Shown: one piece after another, positions 30,451 through 41,416 of the stretch
Position numbering within the stretch: position 1 is the first letter of the stretch
Layout: each line of letters opens with the position of its first letter
Source of the DNA: an uncultured bacterium
GTDB lineage: Bacteria > Zixibacteria > MSB-5A5 > CAIYYT01
Length of the DNA stretch: 64,000 nt
Direction of reading: 5' to 3'
Assembly (NCBI GenBank): GCA_963726455.1
Contig: CAVSCK010000004.1
Location: forward strand, 576,001 to 640,000
Notes under the pieces: generated by a model
The model's input: the letters and a program-made list of their open reading frames with translations, nothing else
Database searches by the model: none
What the model was told of the DNA's origin: nothing
Translations under genes and position numbers: made by a program

Positions 30451-30519
30451 GTCATTCCCGCGCAAGCGGGAATCCAGATATTGACTGACCGTGTCATTCC
30501 CGCGCAGGCGGGAATCCAG
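30451..30519. repeat. Two direct copies of a 27-bp palindromic element GTCATTCCCGCGCA(A/G)GCGGGAATCCAG (REP/RPE/dRS3-like)
   Basis: Copies at 30451-30477 and 30493-30519 differ at one base; ATTCCC-N8-GGGAAT core. Confidence 0.85.
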
Positions 30520-30536
30520 TATTAGAATGACGTACT

Positions 30537-30785
30537 ATGTACCAAGACCTTGACGACGACATCGAAGTGATCGCGCTGTTCGAGCGCAACAAGCTGAAGC
30601 CATGCCGTTTTCGCTGGCGCGGCAAGGTCTACAAAGTCACGCGCATCACCGGCGACTGGGCCAGTGATGTCGGTCAGTCCAAGCTTCGTTATTATGCCGT
30701 TGTCGATTCCTCATCCAATTTCTTCCAACTCTGCTATGACGAACGCCTGATCAGTTGGAAGGTCGCCAAGGTGTGGGTGGAGTAA
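30537..30785 (+). CDS. Small DUF6504-like protein downstream of lexA
   Basis: P..FRWRG..Y.V..I...W...YY.V...F.L.YD....W pattern. Confidence 0.65.
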   Translation: MYQDLDDDIEVIALFERNKLKPCRFRWRGKVYKVTRITGDWASDVGQSKLRYYAVVDSSSNFFQLCYDERLISWKVAKVWVE

Positions 30786-30923
30786 GTTGAATTCCCGCCA
30801 AAGAAGTCTTGACATCAAATTAGATTAAACGATCTTGTATGTGATACGTTCTTGATTGTGCGGATGGGAGGCATCCTCTGAGTACTCAAGACGAACATCT
30901 TACGGACCCTGACGATTCTGGGA

Positions 30924-32849
30924 GTGTGCGCGTTTGCGACGTTGCACGGTGCGACGCGGTATGTTTCGCATTCAGGGAGTAACGAAGCGCCGTATACGTC
31001 GTGGGAAACGGCAGCCAATACGATAGAAGCCGCTAATCTCTCGATGCTGTCCGGTGACACAATGTATGTCGATACGGGGAGTTTCCAACTTACGCAGACT
31101 ATAGTCCTGCCCTCCAAGATCACTCTGCGCGGCAAGGGGATGGATTCGACAACGATTCTCGGCGACACGACGTTTTATGACATGTTCAAACCGGGAGATT
31201 CTACTTATGTCGAGGACATTTATTTTCGGGGCAACAAGTGTTTCCGGGGACTCAGCAAATACGCTTACGAAGGGCTTTGGAATTGGTGGGTGAACAGGTG
31301 CAGGTTCTCCCAATTCTCTTCGGAATCAATCTTATGCGACGAAACGGGGTATCTGCAAATCACACTTTGCCGCTTTGAAGATTGGGGTGGTTGGGGGGGG
31401 GCTTTTTCCGTCAGAGATGCCGGTGATTGCCGCATCACAAATTGCACCTTCTATGACCCTTCCGGAAGACTTCCGCTCGGCGATTTCACCTTCAATACGA
31501 ACAGTCAAATCGTGTTCGACAGCAATGTCGTTGTTGGTTGTGGCGGACCAGCCATCGCTGGCGTCGTTGGAGGCGGTGGATTCATCATGAAGTACAATTT
31601 GTTCTACGGTAAATCGGGCCTATTCGGCGTCGTGGGAGGAAGAGGCGACCTTGACATACAATTCAACAGCTTCTATGTGGACGTCCCCTCACAGTTTATA
31701 CCCGATGTCACCGTGATTTTTGTTCACGGATACGGATTACGCCATTGCTTTATCTATAACAATATAGTTGCCGGCGCGAATGTGAGGGTCGTACTTCCCG
31801 ACGAGATTCCTGACACTGCGGACGTTCGGGTGGCCTACAACGACTTCTACTCGACCGTGCAGACCGACAGATGGCTCGTTGGGTTAGTCTCTGGATCTGG
31901 CCCGCTCGACTCGGTTAATAGCAACGTCTTCGCCGATCCGATGTATGTCGATCCCGACAATGGTGATCTCCGTTTGCAGAAAGGTTCGCCCTGCATTGAT
32001 GCGGGGGCGCCCTGGATTCTCGATCAGGACGGCACGCGCTCGGACATAGGGGCGCTCGGAGGTCCCGGCGGTTCGGTATATCTCTATCAGGATTTGCCCC
32101 CAAAAGCTCCCGCGAAATTCACGGCGGGACCACGGGAAGGTCGGGTGATCCTCGGCTGGGAACGGGCCAGCGAGAGTGACTTTCGGAATTACGTTCTCTT
32201 TCGAGCAGTTGAGCCGAACGCTCCCCTCGACTCACAGCAAGTCTTCGCCTATCTCGACCGATCCGGCCGGACGACGGACGACATTCGCAAGAACATGTTG
32301 CCCTTCGAGGACGGCGGCAAGGAGCTTGACCTAGAGCAGTACATCCCGAAGTACGCCTTACGGGATTCGCGACGAAGCTACTTCGTCGACTGGCACCCCA
32401 TTGACACCGCAACATCTTACTACACGCTTGTAGCGGTAGACAGTTCAGGGCTGGTGTCTGACGCAGGTGTTGTTCAGGTAAACCCACCGCAAGCAGTGGG
32501 GCACCCCGTCATCGAAGACAGCGCGGAAAACACCGTGTCTGTCGGCGTGCCGGACAGCGCCTATTTGGAACCCAACTATCCTAATCCTTTTAATGCAACT
32601 ACCGCTCTTGTATACAATCTTCCTGCTCTCGGCGCGCAACCGGCGCCGGTGCATATTGAGATCTTCAACACCTTGGGGCAGAAAGTCAAGACACTGGTCG
32701 ACGAACGCCAGTCGTCGGGGCGACATACGGCTTACTGGAACGGAGACGATGATTACGGGAGATCTTTAAGCAGCGGAATCTATTTCTGCAGATTGGAGGT
32801 GTCGGGAATCGAGTTTGTCAAGAGTGGGAAGATGATCATTCTCAAGTGA
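30924..32849 (+). CDS. Secreted beta-helix (pectin-lyase-like) protein with Fn3-like domain and FlgD/T9SS-type C-terminal tag; start uncertain
   Basis: YVSHSGSN..PYTSW.TAA, LQKGSPCIDAG..DIGA, NYPNPFN...WNG.D..G..SSGIYF...KMIILK. Confidence 0.75.
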   Translation: MCAFATLHGATRYVSHSGSNEAPYTSWETAANTIEAANLSMLSGDTMYVDTGSFQLTQTIVLPSKITLRGKGMDSTTILGDTTFYDMFKPGDSTYVEDIYFRGNKCFRGLSKYAYEGLWNWWVNRCRFSQFSSESILCDETGYLQITLCRFEDWGGWGGAFSVRDAGDCRITNCTFYDPSGRLPLGDFTFNTNSQIVFDSNVVVGCGGPAIAGVVGGGGFIMKYNLFYGKSGLFGVVGGRGDLDIQFNSFYVDVPSQFIPDVTVIFVHGYGLRHCFIYNNIVAGANVRVVLPDEIPDTADVRVAYNDFYSTVQTDRWLVGLVSGSGPLDSVNSNVFADPMYVDPDNGDLRLQKGSPCIDAGAPWILDQDGTRSDIGALGGPGGSVYLYQDLPPKAPAKFTAGPREGRVILGWERASESDFRNYVLFRAVEPNAPLDSQQVFAYLDRSGRTTDDIRKNMLPFEDGGKELDLEQYIPKYALRDSRRSYFVDWHPIDTATSYYTLVAVDSSGLVSDAGVVQVNPPQAVGHPVIEDSAENTVSVGVPDSAYLEPNYPNPFNATTALVYNLPALGAQPAPVHIEIFNTLGQKVKTLVDERQSSGRHTAYWNGDDDYGRSLSSGIYFCRLEVSGIEFVKSGKMIILK

Positions 32850-32905
32850 TAGCGGAGTGAATTGCGGTAGCACGTTTCATCCAGACACCAATCAGCAAGT
32901 CAGAA

Positions 32906-34306
32906 CTATATTGCTCGCGGTAGTCTGTTCAGCCCATTCAATGCTGCCGTCTTGTATGCCTCGGCGATCGTGGGGTAGTTCATGACGGTGTCGACGAAAT
33001 AGTCGATGGTGCCGCCGAAAGTCATCACCGCCTGGCCGATGTGAATGATTTCCGTCGCGCGCTCGCCGATGATGTGCACACCTAACAACTTGTGGTCAGC
33101 AGGATCAAACAACAACTTGAGAACGCCGTCGTGGTCGTTGTTGATCTGGCCGCGCGGCAACTCGAAGAAATGCGCGATACCTTTTTCGTATGGATGCTTC
33201 TGTTGCTGCAAGCTTTCCTCGGTCTCGCCGACATAGGAAACTTCTGGGATAGTGTAAATACCAAACGGGAGATATTTCTGCGCCAGCGTGCGATGGCTGC
33301 CGGTGAATGCCGCCAATGATGCGATGCGTCCCTGATCCATCGCCGTTGAGGCCAACATGGGGAAGCCGACCACATCTCCGACGGCGAAGACATTCGGTAC
33401 TGATGTGCGATATACCTGATCAACTTCGAGTGTGCCGTTCTGCAACGGACGCAAGCCGATATGTTTGAGGCCGAGCGCGTCGGTGTTGCCCAACCGTCCG
33501 GCTGTGATCAGCAACACTTCGGCTTTGACGACCTGATCGTTGTCAAGCACGACCTCAATACCGTCATCAAGCACGTTGACAGCTTTCTGCGCATTTCCGA
33601 GGACCATGTCGATGCCGCTATCGCGCAGCAAACCGAACAAGATCTCGGCGAATTCAGCATCGAAGAAACTGAGAAGCTTGCTCCGCTTGTCGATCAGCGT
33701 AACTTTGATGTCGAGTTTGGAAAATATGCTGCCCCACTCGCAACCGATCACGCCGCCACCAAGAATCGCCATCGTCTTGGGAACGCGCTTCAGTTCAATG
33801 ATCGACTCACCGTCGAAGATTCGGACGCCGTCATAATTGAGTTCTGGGAATCGATAGGGGCGAGTGCCGACCGCGAGTACGATGTATTCACCGGCTATCG
33901 TACCGAGCTGTTCCATGCCGGAGTAAATTGCCATCGTATTGGCGTCGACAAATTGCGCGCGGCCGCTGTAAACGCGAATATTGTTTCGGCGCAGTTGGTC
34001 ACGAATGACGGCGACCTCGTTGTCGACGACAATGTTCTTCCGGTGCATCAATTCCTGGATAGTGACGCCAGGTTTCAGGGAAAGATCGAAGCCGTAAAAC
34101 GACCTTTGGCGCAGGCCGTCGAAGTAGACCGAGGTCTCCCGTAGCGTCTTTGATGGCAGAGTCCCGGTGTGCACACAGACGCCCCCGACCACCGCTTTTC
34201 GCTCCACGATGGCGACACTCTTACCAAGCTTGCCGGCCTGAATTGCGGCCCATTCGCCGGCCGGACCGGAACCGACGACGAGCAAATCGTACTTGTCAGC
34301 GAACAC
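32906..34306 (-). CDS. sthA: Soluble pyridine nucleotide transhydrogenase
   Basis: GSGPAG, GGVCVHTGTLPSKTLRE (single Cys), GIYTIPE, IHIGQAVM, NYPTIAEAYK.AAL. Confidence 0.9.
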   Translation of the reverse strand: MFADKYDLLVVGSGPAGEWAAIQAGKLGKSVAIVERKAVVGGVCVHTGTLPSKTLRETSVYFDGLRQRSFYGFDLSLKPGVTIQELMHRKNIVVDNEVAVIRDQLRRNNIRVYSGRAQFVDANTMAIYSGMEQLGTIAGEYIVLAVGTRPYRFPELNYDGVRIFDGESIIELKRVPKTMAILGGGVIGCEWGSIFSKLDIKVTLIDKRSKLLSFFDAEFAEILFGLLRDSGIDMVLGNAQKAVNVLDDGIEVVLDNDQVVKAEVLLITAGRLGNTDALGLKHIGLRPLQNGTLEVDQVYRTSVPNVFAVGDVVGFPMLASTAMDQGRIASLAAFTGSHRTLAQKYLPFGIYTIPEVSYVGETEESLQQQKHPYEKGIAHFFELPRGQINNDHDGVLKLLFDPADHKLLGVHIIGERATEIIHIGQAVMTFGGTIDYFVDTVMNYPTIAEAYKTAALNGLNRLPRAI

Positions 34307-34631
34307 GATAGGGCCTCATAGCGTCGATTCGAGGAAATTCTCGTCCTTGTCTGTTCATCCAATGCAACCCTAATAGTTTCTTGGCTTTGACACAATTCCG
34401 TTCTGAATTCGCGCCAATATACTACTAATTACGTAGCGGGACAAAGGCAGAAAAGCTGAATCAGTCGGTTGATCCGAGGTGTCTCTCGAAGGAACGACAA
34501 GGCCACTAACCGACAGAAGTTACTGTCAGACAATGCCTTGTTGGTCGATTATTTTAGTTGCGCCCGAAAACAGAATTACGTATTATAGGCAATTGCACAG
34601 GTATGCCGTGCAAAGAATTGAGAGGGCTTCG

Positions 34632-35093
34632 ATGAAAAGCGCCTATCAACAAATTATGGAGGAGAAGCTGACCTTAATGATCGACCCGACAGTGACCGAA
34701 TACGGCTGCGAGCTCGTGGAACTGCAATACGTTCAACGAAAAGCGCGGGCGCTGGTGCGGGTTTTGGTGGACAAACAGGGTGGGGTCACGGTTGATGACT
34801 GTGCGGCGATCTCGCATCGGATCTCCTTCCTGATGGACACCAGCGATCCCCTGGACGGCCAGTTTATCCTGGAAGTATCATCTCCGGGACTTGACCGGCC
34901 ATTGACTACGCCGGCAGATTTTCGCCGCAAGGTCGGTGAGTTGGTAAAACTATCGTTGAAAAACGAGACCGGTAACGGCGGGCCGCAAGGCCAGATCATG
35001 GGAGTGAGCGACACGGCGGTGACTCTGAGGACCGAGGCGGGCGAGGAGCACTACCGGTTGACGGATATCATCAAGGGAAGAATAATATTTTGA
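34632..35093 (+). CDS. rimP: Ribosome maturation factor RimP
   Basis: DK.GGVTVDDC, LEVSSPGLDRPL; start could instead be 34656. Confidence 0.92.
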   Translation: MKSAYQQIMEEKLTLMIDPTVTEYGCELVELQYVQRKARALVRVLVDKQGGVTVDDCAAISHRISFLMDTSDPLDGQFILEVSSPGLDRPLTTPADFRRKVGELVKLSLKNETGNGGPQGQIMGVSDTAVTLRTEAGEEHYRLTDIIKGRIIF

Positions 35094-35107
35094 AGTCGGA
35101 GCGGGTG

Positions 35108-36490
35108 ATGCAATACGACATTCTCGAGGCGCTCAACCAGATCGCCGTCGAAAAGAACATGGAACTCGATTACGTGGTTGAGACGTTGAAGGCCTCCCTG
35201 GTCTCGGCTGCGCGGAAGAAATATGGCGAGGGTGACAACATCATCGTGAACATCGATCGCCGTTCCGGCGAGATCAATATGCATGCGGTGAAGACTGTGG
35301 TCGAGGAAGTGACCAACCCCTTTGCCGAGATTTCGCTGAAGGAAGCGAAAGAGATCGATGCGGAAGCTGAAATCGGCGACGAAGTGGAAATCTTCATCCC
35401 ATTCGAGGAATTCGGCCGCAATGCCATCGCGTCGGCCAAACAGATTCTGATTCAAAAGGTGCGCGAGGCCGAGCGCGAGACAGTATACAACGAGTATATC
35501 AAGAAGGTCGGCGAGTTGGTCACGGGCACGGTGCAACAGGTTGACAAGGGCAATATCATCGTGAATCTGGGACGTGCCGAAGCCATACTGCCGTTGAAAG
35601 AGCAAATTTCCAAAGAAAAATACCGCCAGGGAGATCGGCTGCGCGCTTTGGTACTGGAAGTGCAGAAGTCGCAGCGCGGACCGCAAGTGGTACTGTCGCG
35701 CGCCAGCAATTCGCTGCTGCAGCGGCTCTTTGAACTTGAGGTACCCGAAATCTTCGAGCGCATCATCGAGATCAAAGCAGTCGCCCGCGAACCTGGTGAA
35801 CGCGCCAAGGTGGCGGTCGTGTCCGCCGATGAGCGTATCGATCCGGTCGGCGCTTGTGTCGGTGTCAAGGGTGTACGCGTGCAGGCCATCGTGCGGGAGT
35901 TGAACAACGAACGCATCGATATCGTGCCGTATCATCCCGACCCGGAGATTTTCGTGACGCGCGCATTAGCACCGGCTAAAGTGGTGCGTATCGACACTCT
36001 GCCCGAGGAAAGCACCATGACCATCGTGGTCGAGGACGATCAGTTGTCGCTGGCGATCGGCAAGGGCGGACAGAACGCCCGGCTGGCGGCGAAACTGACC
36101 GGCTGGAAGGTCAATATTCTCTCCGAGTCTGATTTCTTCGAGAGAAAACGCGAAGAAGCCGAGGCGAAGGTCGAAATATCGAAGTTGTCGATCGGCGAAG
36201 CGACAATTCAGAAACTGATTTCAGCCGATTACAAGTTCATTCAGGATATTCTGGAGGTAACACCGGCGCGTTTGACCGAGATCGAAGGTATTGGGCCCAA
36301 GAAGGCCGACCAGATCATCGAGGCCGCGCGCGAATACATGTTCGAACTGCAGACCAACAAGGCCGAGGCCGAGCAATTAGAAACCGAGGAAGACGAAGAG
36401 GAAGAGGCCGAAGTTGCTTCCAAGCCGCGTAAGGCAGCCGATCTGTTCCACGAGACTGTTGAGGATGAGGATCAGAGCGACAAGAAGTAG
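35108..36490 (+). CDS. nusA: Transcription termination factor NusA
   Basis: FGR....AKQ, REPGER.K, DPVGACVG, LAIGK.GQNARLA. Confidence 0.97.
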   Translation: MQYDILEALNQIAVEKNMELDYVVETLKASLVSAARKKYGEGDNIIVNIDRRSGEINMHAVKTVVEEVTNPFAEISLKEAKEIDAEAEIGDEVEIFIPFEEFGRNAIASAKQILIQKVREAERETVYNEYIKKVGELVTGTVQQVDKGNIIVNLGRAEAILPLKEQISKEKYRQGDRLRALVLEVQKSQRGPQVVLSRASNSLLQRLFELEVPEIFERIIEIKAVAREPGERAKVAVVSADERIDPVGACVGVKGVRVQAIVRELNNERIDIVPYHPDPEIFVTRALAPAKVVRIDTLPEESTMTIVVEDDQLSLAIGKGGQNARLAAKLTGWKVNILSESDFFERKREEAEAKVEISKLSIGEATIQKLISADYKFIQDILEVTPARLTEIEGIGPKKADQIIEAAREYMFELQTNKAEAEQLETEEDEEEEAEVASKPRKAADLFHETVEDEDQSDKK

Positions 36491-36592
36491 CCGCGCAGGT
36501 AGAATTCGTCGAAATCCCGAAAGTGGAGAATTCATCTATCGGAGCGTTCAGGGATTGATTTCCGGTAGTTCATTCGAATGATAGAGAGTGGT

Positions 36593-38860
36593 ATGGCAAG
36601 AAAGCGCCTTTACGAAGTAGCCAAAGAATACAATATCTCGTCGGAAGCGATCGTCAAGCTCGTGCGCGAACTTGGGTTCGATATCAAGTCGCACATGTCG
36701 ACGGCGGATGATGACATGATGAAAGCAATCGCTTCGAAGTTCTCGGAAGAGAAGGAGACTGTCAAGCAGGAGATCAGCCGCAAGAAGAAGATCCTTCTCA
36801 AGGAAGTGACCGTCGAGGAGAAGATCGTTCCTCCGGTTGCAGTCGCGACGCCCGAAGATGCCTTCGAGCTCGTAGAACCGGCCGGCACGGAGAAGATTGT
36901 ATCGAAGGCAAAAATTATCGAGCGCACGGCGCGGCAGGCCGCGGAATTGCGCAAGAAGAAAAAAGATCGGCGCAAGAAGAAACGCCACGAGGAAATCAAG
37001 TCGGCGGAAGTTAAAGCCGCATTCAAGAAGACCATGGCCAAGCTTGACCTTGGCAAGCGCATCAAAAAGTACAAACGCAAAGAGAAGCCGGACGGCACTA
37101 TAGTCGAGGAAGAGACCAGCGCCATTCAGGTCACTGAGTTCATGTCGCTGGCCGAACTGGCAGCAACCATCGGAGTCAAGCCGGCCGACCTGATTGCCAA
37201 GTGCATGGATCTGGGCATGATGGTGACGATCAACCAGCGGCTCGACATGGACACGATCGCGACGCTGTCGCTTGAGTATGGGCTGGAAGTAGAGGAAGTC
37301 AAGGAGATCGGTGTCGAGGAGGAGGGCGAGGTCCTTGATGAAGAAGATCTTCAGCCCCGCGCTCCGATCGTAACGATCATGGGGCACGTCGATCACGGCA
37401 AGACTTCACTTCTGGATTACATTCGCAAATCAAATATCGCCGGCGGCGAGGCGGGCCTGATCACACAGCATATCGGCGCTTATCAGGTGCGGGTGTCAAA
37501 CGGTTTCATCACCTTTCTCGACACTCCGGGCCACGAAGCATTTACCGCCATGCGCGCCCGCGGCGCCCATATCACCGATATCGTCGTGTTGGTCGTTGCT
37601 GCAGATGACGGCGTTATGCCGCAAACGCTCGAAGCAATTGACCATGCGCGCGCCGCTGGGGTTCCGATTATTGTTGCGATCAACAAGATGGATAAGCCGG
37701 GCGCCAAGCCCGATGCCATCAAGCAACAGCTTGCCGGACGCGGTTTGGTACCGGAAGAGTGGGGCGGCAAGTCGATCTTTGTCGAAGTCTCAGCCAAGAC
37801 CGGTATCGGCGTTGACAAACTGAAAGAGATGATTCTGCTGCAGGCAGAGATGCTCGAACTGAAGAGCAATCCCGATCAACTGGCGCGCGGAACGGTCGTT
37901 GAAGCCAAACTCGATCGCGGGCGTGGTGTCATTACCACGGTCATCGTCGACCGCGGCACCCTGCACGTGGGCGATCCGGTAGTTGCCGGCAATTACTCCG
38001 GCCGTGTTCGAGCGATGTTGAATGATCGCAGCGAAAAAGTTGAGGAAGTTCTTCCCGGAGAGCCGGTACAGGTGATCGGCCTGGCGGGTGTTCCGCAGGC
38101 AGGCGATTCGTTCCTCGCAGTCGACAGCGAGACAGAGGCGCGCGAAATATCCTCGCGCCGCATGCAGATTCGCCGCGAGCAGGATTTCCGTCAGCTCAAA
38201 CGCGTCACGCTGGCGAATCTTTACGATCAAATCAAAGAAGGCGAAGTCAAAGACTTACGCATCATTATCAAGGGTGACGTCGATGGGTCGGTGCAGGTGT
38301 TGAGAGACACGCTGGAGAAGATCGGTACATCGGAAGTCAGGGTTAATGTCATCCATTACGGCGTCGGCGGAATTACGGAATCCGACGTTCTGTTGGCCGC
38401 CGCCTCTAACGCAATTATTATCGGTTTCCATGTACGACCCGATGCGCGCGCACGGGAATTGGCCGGCAAAGAGAAGATTGATATTCGGTTGTATACGATC
38501 ATCTACGAAGTGGAAAACGATATCCGCAAAGCGCTCGAAGGCCTTCTGGAACCGGACCGTGAAGAGAGAATCACCGGTCTGGCCGAAGTCAAGAATACAT
38601 TCCGAGTTCCGAAAATTGGCGTCGTGGCGGGAAGCTACGTGCAAAGCGGCACAATTCACAAGGGCGACAAGGCGCGTATCATCCGTGATAACGTCGGGAT
38701 TTACGTCGGCGCCATCAACTCGCTGCGGCGTTTCAAGGATGACGCCAGAGAAGTGCCGACCGGCATGGAATGCGGAATCAAGATTGAAAACTTCGATGAT
38801 ATCAAAGAAGGTGACCTGATCGAGACATACGAAATAGTGGAAATTGCCCGCAAACTGTAG
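36593..38860 (+). CDS. infB: Translation initiation factor IF-2
   Basis: [22 protein letters not shown]. Confidence 0.98.
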   Translation: MARKRLYEVAKEYNISSEAIVKLVRELGFDIKSHMSTADDDMMKAIASKFSEEKETVKQEISRKKKILLKEVTVEEKIVPPVAVATPEDAFELVEPAGTEKIVSKAKIIERTARQAAELRKKKKDRRKKKRHEEIKSAEVKAAFKKTMAKLDLGKRIKKYKRKEKPDGTIVEEETSAIQVTEFMSLAELAATIGVKPADLIAKCMDLGMMVTINQRLDMDTIATLSLEYGLEVEEVKEIGVEEEGEVLDEEDLQPRAPIVTIMGHVDHGKTSLLDYIRKSNIAGGEAGLITQHIGAYQVRVSNGFITFLDTPGHEAFTAMRARGAHITDIVVLVVAADDGVMPQTLEAIDHARAAGVPIIVAINKMDKPGAKPDAIKQQLAGRGLVPEEWGGKSIFVEVSAKTGIGVDKLKEMILLQAEMLELKSNPDQLARGTVVEAKLDRGRGVITTVIVDRGTLHVGDPVVAGNYSGRVRAMLNDRSEKVEEVLPGEPVQVIGLAGVPQAGDSFLAVDSETEAREISSRRMQIRREQDFRQLKRVTLANLYDQIKEGEVKDLRIIIKGDVDGSVQVLRDTLEKIGTSEVRVNVIHYGVGGITESDVLLAAASNAIIIGFHVRPDARARELAGKEKIDIRLYTIIYEVENDIRKALEGLLEPDREERITGLAEVKNTFRVPKIGVVAGSYVQSGTIHKGDKARIIRDNVGIYVGAINSLRRFKDDAREVPTGMECGIKIENFDDIKEGDLIETYEIVEIARKL

Positions 38861-38867
38861 TCTAGCC

Positions 38868-39149
38868 ATGCAGTTCGGAACTCTCCGCGTAGTCCTGCAG
38901 ATTCCGCAGTCGCGGTCGTTAAAGACCAAGCGGCAGGTAATCAAAGGAATCAAAGATAGATTGAAGAACCGTTTCAATATCTCCATCGCGGAGGTCGAGG
39001 ATAACGACCTCTGGCAGCGTGCTACGTTGGGTGTGGCCGTGGTGGCCAACGACCGACAGTTTATCGATCAAGTACTGGAGAACGTAATCAACTACATCGA
39101 ATCCAATCCCGAAGTGATCGTAGTTGACGTACAGAAGGAGCAATACTGA
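38868..39149 (+). CDS. DUF503 (YlxP-like) protein
   Basis: SLK.KR.VI..I...L..RFNIS.AEV...D.WQ; conserved position between infB and rbfA. Confidence 0.9.
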   Translation: MQFGTLRVVLQIPQSRSLKTKRQVIKGIKDRLKNRFNISIAEVEDNDLWQRATLGVAVVANDRQFIDQVLENVINYIESNPEVIVVDVQKEQY

Positions 39150-39520
39150 TGGCCTTCAAACGTATCGACCGGTTGCGCGACCAGATTAAACAAGTGGTCG
39201 CCGAGACGATTCAGCTTAAGCTTAAGGATACGCACGTGGGTTTCATCACGGTAACGGACGTGAAACTTTCCAGCGACCTGTCCGAGGCCACAGTGTTCTA
39301 CTCGGTATTCGGCGACGCGCTGACTCAGAAGTCGACCAATCGCGCCCTGGACCACGCCAAGGGATATATACAATCGGAACTGGCCCGGCAGATGTCGATT
39401 CGCAAGGTGCCGATTCTTACCTTCAAAGTCGATCGCTCAGTCGAACACGGACTGCGCATCGAAGAATTGCTGAACCGAATTCACGAAGATGATGAACGAC
39501 GAAAAGACGACACTGAGTGA
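39149..39520 (+). CDS. rbfA: Ribosome-binding factor A
   Basis: ITVTDV.LS.DL..A.V, P.LTF..D.S.E.G. Confidence 0.95.
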   Translation: MAFKRIDRLRDQIKQVVAETIQLKLKDTHVGFITVTDVKLSSDLSEATVFYSVFGDALTQKSTNRALDHAKGYIQSELARQMSIRKVPILTFKVDRSVEHGLRIEELLNRIHEDDERRKDDTE

Positions 39521-40475
39521 GATAGTTCAGAAGCTCCGGCAGGGGGGAAAAGTGCTGATTTCCGCACACGTGAACCCCGACGGCGATTCGATTGGGTCAC
39601 AACTGGCGATCTATGATCTCTGCAAGTTGTGCCAGTGTGAACCTACGATCGTCAACCAGGATAGCGCCGTGCCGCGATATAAGTTCCTGAACAAGCATGC
39701 ACTCGTCAACTTGTATAACCCGGAAACGGCTTACCCACAATTTGATTTCGCGATACTACTCGAGTGTCCGGAGCTGTCGCGAATCGGCAAAGTGCAGCAG
39801 CTGATACCCGAAGGATGTTTCGTAATCAACATCGATCACCATCCTGACAACCAGTTTTATGGACAGATAAATTATGTGGATAGCCACGCGGAAGCCGTGG
39901 GCGTCATGGTTTACAAGCTTTTCCATGAGGCGGGGTTTCCGATCACGCGTGACAATGCAGATGAATTATTCACCGCGATTCTCACCGACACCGGGCGCTT
40001 TCGCTTCTCTAACACCACGGCTGATGTCATGCACCTGGCCGCCGACCTGCTCACCGTCGGGGCCAATCCCAAGAAGATCAGTGACGCATTGTATGCGTGT
40101 TACGACAACAAGCAATTGCGCATGATCGGCGAAATGATCGCCGCGATGGAGATCGTGCATAACGGACGCACCTGCGTGCTTGTCTCCGATCGCGAATTGC
40201 GGGGGAAATACGGCAATGATGCGCAAGAGGTCGAGGGGCTGGCGGACTTCACGCTTTACACTTGCGGCGTGAAAGTGGGCGCACTGTTGCGGGAGCTGGG
40301 CCCTGCAGATACCAAGGTGTCGATGCGCGGGCATGGTGAAGTTGATGTTGCCGTCATTGCTAAAGTCCATGGTGGCGGCGGTCATCCTAATGCTGCGGGT
40401 TGCCACATTGCGCTGCCGCTGCGCGAAGCACAGAAGGTGTTACTCGAACAGATTGAGAAAGCGCTGCCGGCATGA
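39492..40475 (+). CDS. nrnA: DHH/DHHA1 phosphoesterase (NrnA-like)
   Basis: H.NPDGD.IGS, IDHH, DTG.F, GGGH..AAG. Confidence 0.88.
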   Translation: MNDEKTTLSEIVQKLRQGGKVLISAHVNPDGDSIGSQLAIYDLCKLCQCEPTIVNQDSAVPRYKFLNKHALVNLYNPETAYPQFDFAILLECPELSRIGKVQQLIPEGCFVINIDHHPDNQFYGQINYVDSHAEAVGVMVYKLFHEAGFPITRDNADELFTAILTDTGRFRFSNTTADVMHLAADLLTVGANPKKISDALYACYDNKQLRMIGEMIAAMEIVHNGRTCVLVSDRELRGKYGNDAQEVEGLADFTLYTCGVKVGALLRELGPADTKVSMRGHGEVDVAVIAKVHGGGGHPNAAGCHIALPLREAQKVLLEQIEKALPA

Positions 40476-41416
40476 ACGGATTCTTGTTAATAGACAAACC
40501 CGAGGGCATCTCGTCGTTCAAAGCCGTCTCCAAAGTGCGGCGAGCGCTTGGGATTGAGAAAGCCGGACATTGCGGCACTCTCGATCCGTTGGCAACGGGA
40601 CTGCTGATTGCCTGCCTTGGACGCGCCACAAAGTTGGCGCAGTTTGTCAGCAAGCAAGACAAGAGCTATATAACTGAGATCACATTGGGTTTCACCTCGA
40701 CGACCTATGATCGCGACGGAGAATTGACTGAGTGCGCGGCGAGCAGCCGACCGACTCAGGATGAAATTCTGGCGGCGATTGACCCGTTCGTTGGCGACAC
40801 TGATCAGATGCCTCCGATGTTTTCGGCAGTTAAGCACATGGGACAACCGCTGTACAAATATGCATTGAAGAATAAGCCGGTTGAGCAAACCGCGCGCAAG
40901 GTCCATATCGAGTGCATCAAGTTAAAGGAATACGAGTTTCCGCGACTTACGGTCGAAGTAGATTGTTCCAGCGGAACATACATTCGCAGTCTGGCTCATG
41001 ATCTGGGGCAGCAGCTTGGCTGCGGCGGATATGTGACGAAACTACGGCGTACGCGTATCGGCAAATGGCATGTTGAGGATGCTGTCGCGCTCGACAGTTT
41101 GGATGACCAGACACAGTCCGAAGGTGTGAAGACGGCGGATATTGCTCGCTTGGGCCGGGCATACATACCGATCGAAAGCATGCTGGATTTTCCGGCGCTT
41201 TGCGTGACCGAACTTCGCGCTACCGAGATACCGAACGGTGTCCCAATTCGCGCTAAAGATATCACCGGCCACGATGAGCCAATGGTGGCAGGACAACTTG
41301 TGGCAGTTCGCGATGGCCGCGGACTACTGCTTGCAGTCGGACGAATGATTGGCAACGGTACCACGCTCACTGGAACATCTAATGATCCGGTCGTCGAATA
41401 TGTCAGGGTGATTTGA
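40472..41416 (+). CDS. truB: tRNA pseudouridine(55) synthase
   Basis: GH.GTLDPLATG, PP.FSA.K, CS.GTYIRSL. Confidence 0.96.
   Translation: MNGFLLIDKPEGISSFKAVSKVRRALGIEKAGHCGTLDPLATGLLIACLGRATKLAQFVSKQDKSYITEITLGFTSTTYDRDGELTECAASSRPTQDEILAAIDPFVGDTDQMPPMFSAVKHMGQPLYKYALKNKPVEQTARKVHIECIKLKEYEFPRLTVEVDCSSGTYIRSLAHDLGQQLGCGGYVTKLRRTRIGKWHVEDAVALDSLDDQTQSEGVKTADIARLGRAYIPIESMLDFPALCVTELRATEIPNGVPIRAKDITGHDEPMVAGQLVAVRDGRGLLLAVGRMIGNGTTLTGTSNDPVVEYVRVI

Noticed and set aside
30451-30519. CRISPR array
   Set aside because: Only two copies with a 15-bp spacer and no cas genes; it matches a REP-like palindrome.
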